Below, in pieces: positions 10,831 to 20,925 of a DNA stretch of 64,000 nt. The notes beneath the pieces are model-generated. The model was not told the origin of the DNA. It saw nothing but the letters and a program-made list of their open reading frames with translations, and ran no database searches. The stretch comes from Candidatus Eiseniibacteriota bacterium (GTDB taxonomy: Bacteria > Eisenbacteria > RBG-16-71-46), in contig CAVQXP010000004.1 in assembly GCA_963717935.1 (NCBI GenBank), positions 480,001 to 544,000 of the forward strand, read 5' to 3'. Position 1 is the stretch's first letter, and every line of letters begins with the position of its first letter. Made by a program: the position numbers and the translations under genes.

Positions 10831-11104
10831 GCCGGGGCACGCGGCGCGGACGGCGATCGCGTGCCCCGGCGGGCTTCTGTCGAGCTTCTGCTGACTACCG
10901 AGTGGGCGGCGGGAAATCCCTTTCCGACCCAACAGTCGGGACGACGATGTCGTCCGTCGCTGCGGCCAAACGTCATTGTCTTCGCCGCCCACACGAAATC
11001 ACGACATCGAGTGGGCGCCGCTTCGCTGGGCGCGCCCATCGCGGCGGAAATGCGATGGGCAGCAAACTCGCAAGCAACATAGCGTGAATGGCCGCAGGTG
11101 CCAA
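10831..11104 (-). promoter_or_regulatory. Sigma70-like promoter plus long structured leader (candidate cis-regulatory RNA or sRNA) upstream of the B3/4 gene
   Basis: Minus-strand TTGGCA-N17-TATGTT (11104-11076); helices 11034-42/11052-60, 10902-11/10983-92 (enclosing small hairpins) and a 13-bp stem 10831-43/10858-70. Confidence 0.5.
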
Positions 11105-11223
11105 GCGGGAATTCACGGGCGCGGATGGCATGGCGCGTGGCGCAACGACCGTGCCGAAGGCGTGCGGCCCGGGTCGTCCGCCGGAATGAACCTGCCCGGC
11201 ACGGCCGGGGCCGGACCGCGACG

Positions 11224-13935
11224 TTACGTCCCGCTCTGGGGGAGCCTGCGCTCGACCGAGACGACGCGCCAGCGTCGGCGCTCGGCCCCCTCACCCAACT
11301 CCACCTCGTCGCCGATCGAGCGGCCCGTGAGCGCGCGGCCCACCGGGGCCTGGAACGAGATCACGCTCTCGCCGTGATGGTGCTCGTCCTCGCCCAGGAT
11401 CCAGTAGTGGCGCAATTCCTGGTCGCCGCCCTCGAGCACGACCTCCGTGCCGAGCCCCACGACGCCATCGCGGTACTCGGCGTCGTCCACGAAACGAGCC
11501 CGCGCAAGGCGCAACTGGAGCGATGCGACCAGCTGGCTGACGTTGGCCTGCTTGAGCTTCGCCGAGTGGTACTCCGCGTTCTCGCTCAGGTCCCCCAGCT
11601 CGCGGGCCTTCTGGATCGCCGCCGGGATGGTGGTCCGCAGCTCGCGCTCGAGACGCCCGAGCTCCTTCTGGAGACGCTCCCAGGTCGCGTGAGTCATGAC
11701 CGGCAGTTGTGCACCCTCGACCTGCTGGCCCACGCCCTCGAAGAGCCGGTCCGTGCGTTTCTGCCGCTCGTCGCGGATCACCGCGACCTCCTCGGCGAGC
11801 CCAAGCCGGTCGAGCGCGTCGAGCGCCGGGAACAGGTAGCGGTCGCTCGAGCGCCACGCCCGGAACAGGATGCGCACTTTGAGCTGCACCTCCCCCGGAC
11901 AGGGCCGGGCCTGCAGCAGGCGCTCGAACGCCCCGCCCGCCTCGAGCCAGCGCTGCACCTTCTCGGCGACCGAGCGCTTCGGCCGGTCCTCGAGGAGCGC
12001 CAGCGCCGACCACAGCACGAGCCAGCCATCGGGCGGGGCAGGGGAAGCCTCCAGCTCGTCCTCGATCGAACGCAGGGCCGCGCCGGGATAGCGCGCGGCG
12101 TGCAGCAGGAGCGTGCGCCGGAGATTCGTGCGCCCGTCATCATCGAGCAGCGCGCGTCGCCGCTCGGCCTCCTCGCGCACGGCCGAGAAGCGTGAGTCGA
12201 GCGCGGAGAGGATCGCGTCGGACTCCACCTCGGGCCCGCGTGACACGGCGAGCAGCGCCAGCTGCTCCGTCTCGCCCGAGAGGTCGGCGACCGCCAGGCC
12301 CTGCTCCCAGAGTTGCTCGAGCACCGCGGTCCACTCCGCGGCGCGCCCGGGGAACCAGCGCGCGAAATAGAGCCCCGCCCGCGCGCGGTCCACGCGCTCG
12401 CCCTCCTCGTCGAGCATGGTGCGTTCGACGAACTTCCCGAAGCGCTGCGTCAGCGCCGGCTCGGCGGCCGGGTGCTGCGAGAGGAACTTGCGCAGCGTCG
12501 CCAGGTTCGCGCGCGCGGGCTTGCCGACCGCGAGGCCCGGCAACGGCGCGTCCCCCATCGCCCCCCCGGGGACCGGGGCGACCTCGCCCTCGGCCCGCAG
12601 GCGGTAGAATTGCTCGAAGGCTCGCCCGGTGTCGATGCGGGGGTGCCCCGGGGCGCCCGCGCGCGCCTGCCGCCAGAACGGGCTCCACTCCTTGAGCGGC
12701 ACCAGGTCCGTGCCCACCAGGAAGACCTTGAGCCGCTGCGCATCGCCAGCGCCGCCGATCGCCTTGAGCGCGCGCGCCAGCACCTCGGCGGGCTCTTCGA
12801 CGCGCAGGCGCTTCACCTCGGCCGGCCGCGTGAGCTGCAGCAGCCGCAGGTCGTCCTCCTCCATCGGCAGGAGCGACCGTTTCGCCGCGCTGTACGGCAT
12901 GCGGTGGCTCTTCGAGCGCGCGAAATCGAGCACCACCACCTCGCCGTCGTCCGCGGTCACCCGGCCGGCCTGGAAGGTCCCGTGCCAGACCGCGCGGCCC
13001 GGCGGCAGCGCGGCGATGCGGTCGAAGCGCTCGAGCGCCTCGAGCAGCGGGCGCGTCCGCTCGGCCACGCCCGACGTCTCGATCACCACTGCCATGTCGG
13101 GCAGCGCCACGCCCGGGCCCTGGCGCAGGGCCTCGACCAGCGCGGCGCGGAAGCGCTCACCGCCCGGGCCACCCTCCTTCTCCAGCGCGGGCCCGACCAC
13201 GGCGCGCAACGCCGCTTCGCATTCGCCCGCGCGGCCCGCGCGCGCCACCTCGGGCAGGGCGATGCGCACGAGCTGGTCGCAGGATTCGATCTCGCCGCGC
13301 TCCGCCGGCGCGGGCAGCGCCTGGACCAGGGCCACGAGCCCGTCCACGGCACCGTGCTCGACGAATTCGAGTGCGGCTTCCTCGAGCCCGACGAAGCGAT
13401 TCTCGGCCGCGAATGCAGGGATCATCTCGGCCAGCAGCTGCCGGCGCAGGTCGCCCTCGCCCGCTTCGCCCAGACGCTGCGCGAGCAGCAGGCCGAGGTC
13501 GAGGTCGTCCGTGAGGATGCGGAAGGCGCGCTCGATCGCCTCGAGCCGCTCGGGATCGCGCGCAAGACCCTCGTGCGCGCGCACCAGCAACCGCGCACCG
13601 GCGTGCGTCTCCTCGAGCGCCAGGCTCCGCTCGGCCACCGCAGCCAGGGGCTCCCACTGACTCCCGGCCACCAACCGCTCCCCGAGGGAGAGCAGCGTCT
13701 GTAGTGCGCGCTCGGTCTCGCCGTTCAGGGCGCAGGCCAGGCCGAGGAGATACTCCACGCCCGGGGTGCAGCCGGACTGCCGCTGGCGGCTCGCGCACTC
13801 GTCGCGCACCATCGTCAGGGTGCGCTCCGCCAGCGCCTCGGCTGCGAAGGTCTCGAGGCGCTCGCGTGTCGCGGGCGTGAGTTCGGCGGCCTCTTCGCCG
13901 CGCAGGACGGAAGAGAGGAAGATTCGAAGGGTCAT
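11224..13935 (-). CDS. greA: Transcription elongation factor GreA with very long N-terminal extension (~900 aa)
   Basis: C-terminal 'ARELGDLSENAEYHSAK...VGLGTEVVL...ISFQAPVGRALTG'; the N-terminal ~740 aa look helical and include a 'VWHGTFQAGRV' segment. Confidence 0.85.
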   Translation of the reverse strand: MTLRIFLSSVLRGEEAAELTPATRERLETFAAEALAERTLTMVRDECASRQRQSGCTPGVEYLLGLACALNGETERALQTLLSLGERLVAGSQWEPLAAVAERSLALEETHAGARLLVRAHEGLARDPERLEAIERAFRILTDDLDLGLLLAQRLGEAGEGDLRRQLLAEMIPAFAAENRFVGLEEAALEFVEHGAVDGLVALVQALPAPAERGEIESCDQLVRIALPEVARAGRAGECEAALRAVVGPALEKEGGPGGERFRAALVEALRQGPGVALPDMAVVIETSGVAERTRPLLEALERFDRIAALPPGRAVWHGTFQAGRVTADDGEVVVLDFARSKSHRMPYSAAKRSLLPMEEDDLRLLQLTRPAEVKRLRVEEPAEVLARALKAIGGAGDAQRLKVFLVGTDLVPLKEWSPFWRQARAGAPGHPRIDTGRAFEQFYRLRAEGEVAPVPGGAMGDAPLPGLAVGKPARANLATLRKFLSQHPAAEPALTQRFGKFVERTMLDEEGERVDRARAGLYFARWFPGRAAEWTAVLEQLWEQGLAVADLSGETEQLALLAVSRGPEVESDAILSALDSRFSAVREEAERRRALLDDDGRTNLRRTLLLHAARYPGAALRSIEDELEASPAPPDGWLVLWSALALLEDRPKRSVAEKVQRWLEAGGAFERLLQARPCPGEVQLKVRILFRAWRSSDRYLFPALDALDRLGLAEEVAVIRDERQKRTDRLFEGVGQQVEGAQLPVMTHATWERLQKELGRLERELRTTIPAAIQKARELGDLSENAEYHSAKLKQANVSQLVASLQLRLARARFVDDAEYRDGVVGLGTEVVLEGGDQELRHYWILGEDEHHHGESVISFQAPVGRALTGRSIGDEVELGEGAERRRWRVVSVERRLPQSGT

Positions 13936-14064
13936 GGGCGTCCTGGGAGAGGTGTCCGGATGGCCGAAAGGGCACCCATCTTTGCTCAGGCGGGACCGCG
14001 AGGCAAGGAGGGCGCGGGACGAGGCCCTTGTGCCTCTCCACACCGCACCCTAGACTGCTGCCCC

Positions 14065-14616
14065 ATGAGGATCTACACCCGCACCGGCGACGATGGCACG
14101 ACCGGACGGCCGGGCCCCGGCCGGGTCTTCAAGGACGCAGCGCGCGTGGAGGCCTGCGGCAGCGTGGACGAGTTGAACGCCGTGCTGGGCGTGGTCCGCG
14201 CCCTTGACCTGGACAACTGGCTGGCCGCCGAGCTCGCCACGATCCAGTCCAGGCTCTTCCACGTCGGGGCCGAGCTGGCCGCCGGCACGCCGGACCTCCC
14301 GGTGAAGCCGCAGCGCATCTGCGACGAGGACGTGGCCGCGCTCGAGCGCTGGATCGACCGGCTCGACGCCGAGCTGGAGCCGCTCACGAGCTTCGTGCTG
14401 CCGGGCGGCTCCGCGCTCGGGGCCGAGTTGCACGTCGCGCGCGCGGTCTGCCGCCGGGCCGAGCGTCGGACCGTGGCGCTGCTCCGGGCCGAGCCGGTCG
14501 AGCCCCGCCTGGTGTGCTACCTGAACCGCCTCGGGGATCTGCTCTTCGTCATGGCGCGCTGGTGCAACCGGCGCGCCGGCGTCCCCGAGACGGAGTGGCA
14601 TCCCCGGCGGCCCTGA
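14065..14616 (+). CDS. PduO-type cob(I)alamin adenosyltransferase
   Basis: MRIYTRTGDDGTT, GSVDELNA, FVLPGG, ARAVCRRAER, YLNRLGDLLF. Confidence 0.93.
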   Translation: MRIYTRTGDDGTTGRPGPGRVFKDAARVEACGSVDELNAVLGVVRALDLDNWLAAELATIQSRLFHVGAELAAGTPDLPVKPQRICDEDVAALERWIDRLDAELEPLTSFVLPGGSALGAELHVARAVCRRAERRTVALLRAEPVEPRLVCYLNRLGDLLFVMARWCNRRAGVPETEWHPRRP

Positions 14617-14724
14617 CCCCGCCGGATCGCCCCCGGAACGGCGCCGATCCGCGGACGCCGGGGCCTCTGGACAAGCGGCGGCCCTGCGAGGATAATGCTG
14701 CTGCACACCCTCCGAGGAGGATTC

Positions 14725-15119
14725 ATGCAGCGGGTGCCCGACTTCACGTCGCATCCGGCCGTCGCTCCCCTCGTGAGTGGCTCCCCGCCCTGATCCTCGC
14801 GCTCCTGCCGTCTTCCTCTGCGAGCGCGGACGTGGTGATCAAGGGAGAACCGAGGGCCTGGGTGGCCCCGGCAACAGGACCACCCGTCGCGCGCTGATCG
14901 CGCGCGGGCCGCCCCCGGGGGGGGCTTGACGGGTTCTTGGCGCGCAAGGCCACGCGCGCGGCGCAGAAGAAGGCTGAAGACAAGGTCGAGAAGAAGACCG
15001 AGGAGATGTCGTCCCCGGGCCCGGCGGCAGGCGGCCCCCTGATGAAGGTGGTCACCGAGGTGATCCGTATCACCACCTCGCCCGTCCCGGCCAGCTACAG
15101 GTTGCAGAAGAAGGCGTGA
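14725..15119 (+). pseudogene. Probable internally deleted remnant of a secreted protein (DUF4412-like ends)
   Basis: Promoter TGGACA-N17-GATAAT and SD GAGGAGG before ATG 14725; signal-peptide-like 'WLPALILALLPSSSASADVVIK' and C-terminus-like 'PLMKVVTEVIRITTSPVPASYRLQKKA' lie in different frames with little between them. Confidence 0.4.
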
Positions 15120-15278
15120 GGGTCGGCGGGTAGAGGCCCGCGGGCGCGGTGGAGTCCGTTCCGCGTCCGCGTGGGTTTCCCCGCGCGGCTCCGCAGTGAA
15201 CACCCCACGTCCGCTCGCTGGCGCCCCCACAGTCGGCTCATCCGGCGCCGGGACGAGGGACCCGCAGAAGGAACGTCC

Positions 15279-16487
15279 ATGAGATCACGTCGCCGCCGGC
15301 CACGAGGACCACGCCCGCCCCAGCAACCAGGGTCGGTCGCAGGTGACCCAGGTCTCCCCCAGGCCGGCGCGGAGGGTGCTCCGCCCTCCGGTTCTGGCGG
15401 ACAGCCGGGACCCGGCGGTCGCGGCCGCCGCAGCAGGCGCGGCGGAGGCCGCCCACTCAGCAACGCCTCCCCCCAGCCCTACGGGAGCCCCCAGGGCGGC
15501 CCACGCCCGCAGGGCCCACGCCAGCGTCGCCGCGGCCGCAGCGGTGGCGGCGGCGGCGGAAGCAACCAGCCGGCCAAACGGCGCGGCCTCGAGTTGCTCC
15601 GCGACCTGCAGCAGGCCGGCGCGGCGCTTGACCCGACCGAACGGTTCGTCCTCGAGTTGTTGCCCGGCGAGGGGAATCCGCCCTACGGCGACCGCACCAC
15701 GGGACGCTGCATCGACATCCTCGCTCCGCTCGGCCGCGGCCAGCGCTGCCTGATCGTCTCACCACCCAAGGCCGGCAAGACCCGCATCCTGCAGAGCATC
15801 GCCGCTTCGATCGCGCACAACCATCCCGAAGTGGCGATCTATGCACTGCTCGTGGACGAACGCCCCGAGGAGGTCACCGACTTCCGGCGCAACACGCCCG
15901 CGAACGTCATCGCCGCCTCGAGCGACATGACCATCCAGGAGCACATCGAGACCGCCGAGCGCGCCATGGAGACCGTGGCAAGCCAGGTGCTCGAGGGCAA
16001 GGACGTGGTGCTGCTGCTCGATTCCATCACCCGCCTGTCGCGCGCCTACAACAACGCCTCCGAGGGCTCGGGTCGCACGATGTCCGGCGGGCTCGACGCC
16101 ACCACCATGCAGGCGCCGCGCATGATCTTCGGCGCCGCCCGCAAGATCGAGGGCAGCGGCTCGCTGACCATCGCGGGCACCGCGCTGATCGACACCGGCT
16201 CGCGCATGGACCAGGTCATCTTCGAGGAGTTCAAGGGCACCGGGAACAGCGAGATCTACCTGTCGCGCGAACTGGCCGAGCGCCGCATCTACCCGGCCAT
16301 CGACGTCGCCAAGAGCGGCACGCGCAAGGAGGAGAAGCTCTACCCGGCCGAGATCGTCCCGCGGCTCCACATGCTGCGGCGGGGGCTCGCCGGCCTGCAC
16401 TCGCAGGAGGCGATGACCAAGCTGCTCGAGCTGATGAACCGCTGCAAGACGAACGCGGAGATCTTCGAGCTGCTGGCGCGGGCGTAG
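15279..16487 (+). CDS. rho: Rho-family transcription termination factor, atypical (no recognisable N-terminal RNA-binding domain)
   Basis: SD AGAAGGA; APLGRGQR.LIVSPPKAGKT, LLVDERPEEVTD, LLDSITRL.RAYN, GRTMSGG, IDTGSRMD.VIFEEFKGTGN, RRIYPAID..KSGTRKEE; N-terminus is R/G/P/Q low-complexity. Confidence 0.9.
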   Translation: MRSRRRRPRGPRPPQQPGSVAGDPGLPQAGAEGAPPSGSGGQPGPGGRGRRSRRGGGRPLSNASPQPYGSPQGGPRPQGPRQRRRGRSGGGGGGSNQPAKRRGLELLRDLQQAGAALDPTERFVLELLPGEGNPPYGDRTTGRCIDILAPLGRGQRCLIVSPPKAGKTRILQSIAASIAHNHPEVAIYALLVDERPEEVTDFRRNTPANVIAASSDMTIQEHIETAERAMETVASQVLEGKDVVLLLDSITRLSRAYNNASEGSGRTMSGGLDATTMQAPRMIFGAARKIEGSGSLTIAGTALIDTGSRMDQVIFEEFKGTGNSEIYLSRELAERRIYPAIDVAKSGTRKEEKLYPAEIVPRLHMLRRGLAGLHSQEAMTKLLELMNRCKTNAEIFELLARA

Positions 16488-16704
16488 CCGCCGGGCGCCC
16501 GCGGGGCGCGCAACCCGGTGCGCTGAATCCCGAGTCCGGGCCCGGCGCGAGCACGGACTCGAGGCCCGAAGGCCGGGAGCGAGCCCTCGTCCAGCGGGGC
16601 CTCGCACGCGGGTGTTTGCCCTGGCTATCCACCCCTCAGCCCGCTTGGACCGTCGCCATTTTCAAGTCCTTGACCCGCATGGCGTCGCGAAGGTGTACCT
16701 TCGC

Positions 16705-16870
16705 TTCGGGACGGAATCCTCCGCGAATCCTTTTCGGGGAGGCACCATCAGAAGAGCAGGTTTGGGAGACGGTGTTCGAAGACCCTTGGGTGCGGCCCCC
16801 GAGACTTTGGATGCCTCTCCCATTTTCTCCACCCCGCTTGCCTCACGGTGAGCGGGGTGCATTCTTCTGT
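16705..16870 (+). ncRNA. Candidate sRNA (~165 nt) with long G-U-containing hairpin and terminator-like hairpin
   Basis: TGGGAGA(C)GGTGTTCGAAG pairs with CTTTGGATGCCTCTCCCA; then CACCCCGCTTGCC-tcac-GGTGAGCGGGGTG followed by CATTCTTCT; weak upstream TTGACC/TACCTT (20-nt spacer). Confidence 0.45.
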
Positions 16871-16943
16871 GCCATCGCGCGCACCGGCGCAGGCGCGGCC
16901 CCCGGGATGATCCGGGGTGGTGGCGGCGATGCGGTGGCCGCGG

Positions 16944-17501
16944 CTACGCGCGCTCGACGAAGTCGCCCGTGCGCGTGTCGATCTTCACGCGGTCGCCCAC
17001 TTCGATGTAGGGCGGCACCTTGATCTCGAGCCCGGTCTCGAGGACGGCGGGCTTCGCGGTGTTCTGCACCGCCGCGCCCTTGATGTTGGGGGTCGTCTCC
17101 TTCACCTCGAGTTCGATGAACATCGGCACCTCGATGCCCACCACGCGGCCCTCGTAGTACAGGGCCTCGATCACCATGCCTTCGGTGAGGTAGCCGACGT
17201 TGCCCCCCAGCACGTCCGAGTGGAGCGACATCATCTCGTAGCTCTCGGTGTTCATGAAGTGGTAGTCGTCACCGGCGCGGTAGGAGTACTGGAGCTTGTG
17301 CTCCTCGAGCGGGGCACGGTCCACCTTGTCCTCGGAGCGGAACCGGTGCTCGGCGTTGCTGCCGGTCTCGATGTTCACGAGGCGGGTCTGCACCATGCCG
17401 CGCCAATTCCCGGGCGTGACGTGCAGCACGTTCGTCACGCGGTGCGGCCTGTTGTTGTGCATGATGACCATGCCCACCTTGAGCTGGGTCGCTGCAATCA
17501 C
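16944..17501 (-). CDS. efp: Elongation factor P (PGNW loop type)
   Basis: SD AAGGAG, GTG start; HVTPGNWRG, YHFMNTESYE, KPAVLETG, VPPYIEVGD..KIDTRTG.FVERA. Confidence 0.95.
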   Translation of the reverse strand: MIAATQLKVGMVIMHNNRPHRVTNVLHVTPGNWRGMVQTRLVNIETGSNAEHRFRSEDKVDRAPLEEHKLQYSYRAGDDYHFMNTESYEMMSLHSDVLGGNVGYLTEGMVIEALYYEGRVVGIEVPMFIELEVKETTPNIKGAAVQNTAKPAVLETGLEIKVPPYIEVGDRVKIDTRTGDFVERA

Positions 17502-17688
17502 TTCGGACTCCTTGAGGCTGGGATGGCGAGCAGGGGGACCACGGCCCCTCGAAGAGCCTCCCCTTGCGAAACGCGGAGCAATAGTGTGCCCGATGCCGGC
17601 CCGGGGGCGCAAACAACGCCCGGTCCCGGGTTGATTCGAGCGCCGGGGCCGGGATGGCGAGGGGCGCCGGCTCCGCGGCGGCCCCGGT

Positions 17689-18411
17689 TCACCAGGGGAT
17701 GCGCCGATGGTCGCGGAAGAAGCCTCCATTCGGCCCGCGGGATGACAGCGTCGCCAGCCAGACGACGCCGCGAGCGGCATCCTCCGGGGAACGCGCGGCG
17801 GGCGAGCGGAGCGATGCCGGCCCCCCCATCCGCGTGCGCACCCAGCCTGGGTGCGCGGCGTTCACCTTGACGTCGCCACGCACCGCGGCGGCCAGCTTCA
17901 CGGTGAGCGCGTTCAGGGCGGCCTTCGAGAGACTGTACGCTGCAGGGCCCTCGAGGCCGGCGCCGAAGGAGCCATAGTCGCTCGAGACGTTCACCACCCG
18001 CCCGTAACCCGCCGCGAGCATGGCGGGCACGAAGGCCCGGCAGGCCCAGAGCGCGCCCGCGAAGTTCGTCGCGAGCGCTTCGCGGAACGCCTCCGGCGGC
18101 GCCTCGAGCAGCGAGCCTTCCGGATAGACCGCCGCGTTGTTGACGAGCACGTCCACCCGGATGCCGGCCTGGCGCAACCGTTCCGCCAGCACCGCCGCCG
18201 CCCCCTCCTGGCGCACGTCGAGGATCGCGTCCAGGACATCGAGCCCCTCGACGCACAACGCGGTCGCGGCCGCACCGGCCGCGCCCCCGTCGCGCCCCGT
18301 GAGCACGACACGCAGTCCCCGGTGTCCGAGCTGGCGGCAGACCTCGAGACCGATACCGCGGTTGGCCCCGGTGACGAGCGCCGTGCGCGGGGAAGCGGGT
18401 CTTCGCTTCAT
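17689..18411 (-). CDS. SDR family oxidoreductase (carbonyl-reductase-like)
   Basis: [35 protein letters not shown]. Confidence 0.92.
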   Translation of the reverse strand: MKRRPASPRTALVTGANRGIGLEVCRQLGHRGLRVVLTGRDGGAAGAAATALCVEGLDVLDAILDVRQEGAAAVLAERLRQAGIRVDVLVNNAAVYPEGSLLEAPPEAFREALATNFAGALWACRAFVPAMLAAGYGRVVNVSSDYGSFGAGLEGPAAYSLSKAALNALTVKLAAAVRGDVKVNAAHPGWVRTRMGGPASLRSPAARSPEDAARGVVWLATLSSRGPNGGFFRDHRRIPW

Positions 18412-18512
18412 GGACGAGACTCTACACGATGAAAGTCGCGCTTTCGCCCGAATTCGCACGAGCGGCCCGGACACTCGTCCGGGCCGCTCGCCTTGCTTCC
18501 GTTCGGTGAGGC

Positions 18513-20166
<1,654 letters not shown>

Positions 20167-20228
20167 GCTGCCTCCTTCGGATGAGAACGGGCTCCGCCCG
20201 GCCGCCGGGCCGGGGGCCCGCGGATGGT

Positions 20229-20526
20229 CTACTTCGCGGACGCCAGGATCCCGAGCACGTCGTCCTCGCGGAGGATCGTGTACTCGACGCCGTCGATCTT
20301 CACTTCCGTGCCGCTGTACTTGCCGATCAGCACGCGGTCGCCCTTCTTGACCTCCATGGCGAGCGCGCTTGCCGTCGTCGGTCATGCGGCCGGGGCCCAC
20401 GGCGACGACCTCGCCCTCCTGCGGCTTCTCCTTGGCGGTGTCGGGGATGATGATGCCGCCCCGCACGGTCTCCTTCTCCTCGATGCGGCGGACCAGGATG
20501 CGGTCGGCGAGAGGCTGGATCTTCAT
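20229..20526 (-). CDS. groS: Co-chaperonin GroES (frameshift near 20365)
   Basis: [36 protein letters not shown]; second half [28 protein letters not shown]. Confidence 0.95.
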
Positions 20527-20623
20527 GAGTTCCTCCTCGTGGATTCGGGTTGGTCCCACTGGGGCCACGCGGAAGTGGCTGCGCTCGGCCGGGCCTGTCT
20601 GCGACTGCGCGCGCCATCACTCC

Positions 20624-20802
20624 GCACTCGTCGTGCCGTCCACGCCCATGGTGCCGGGCGGCCACGCCGGTCACGCGAGCCACGGTTGTCGGGCTGCGCC
20701 GATCGGCCTGGATCTGAGAACGGTCCCCGGGATCACCTCACGAGTCCTGCCAAAATGGCACAGACTGCCTGGCGGTCGCCTGCGGGGACCGCCAAGCTGG
20801 CA
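20624..20802 (-). promoter_or_regulatory. Putative sigma54 promoter and tandem palindromic enhancer-like sites for groESL
   Basis: Minus-strand CGGCACGACGAGTGC (GG-N10-GC, 20638-20624); palindromes TGCCAAAATGGCA (20748-60) and CGCCAAGCTGGCA (20790-802), 42 bp apart. Confidence 0.5.
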
Positions 20803-20925
20803 AGAACGGACCGCCCTGTCAAGTGGAGCGGGGCGGGGGCGGGGGCGGAGGCGTGCGGGACCGCGTGGAATGCGGTCGGAATCCCCGTGGGGGCGCCGGG
20901 GCGCCGATCCGTGGCGGGAGGGCGA

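Noticed and set aside
10770..11070. T-box riboswitch upstream of the B3/4 gene
   Set aside because: No T-box consensus (GGUGGNACC) or U-tailed terminator is seen on the minus strand.
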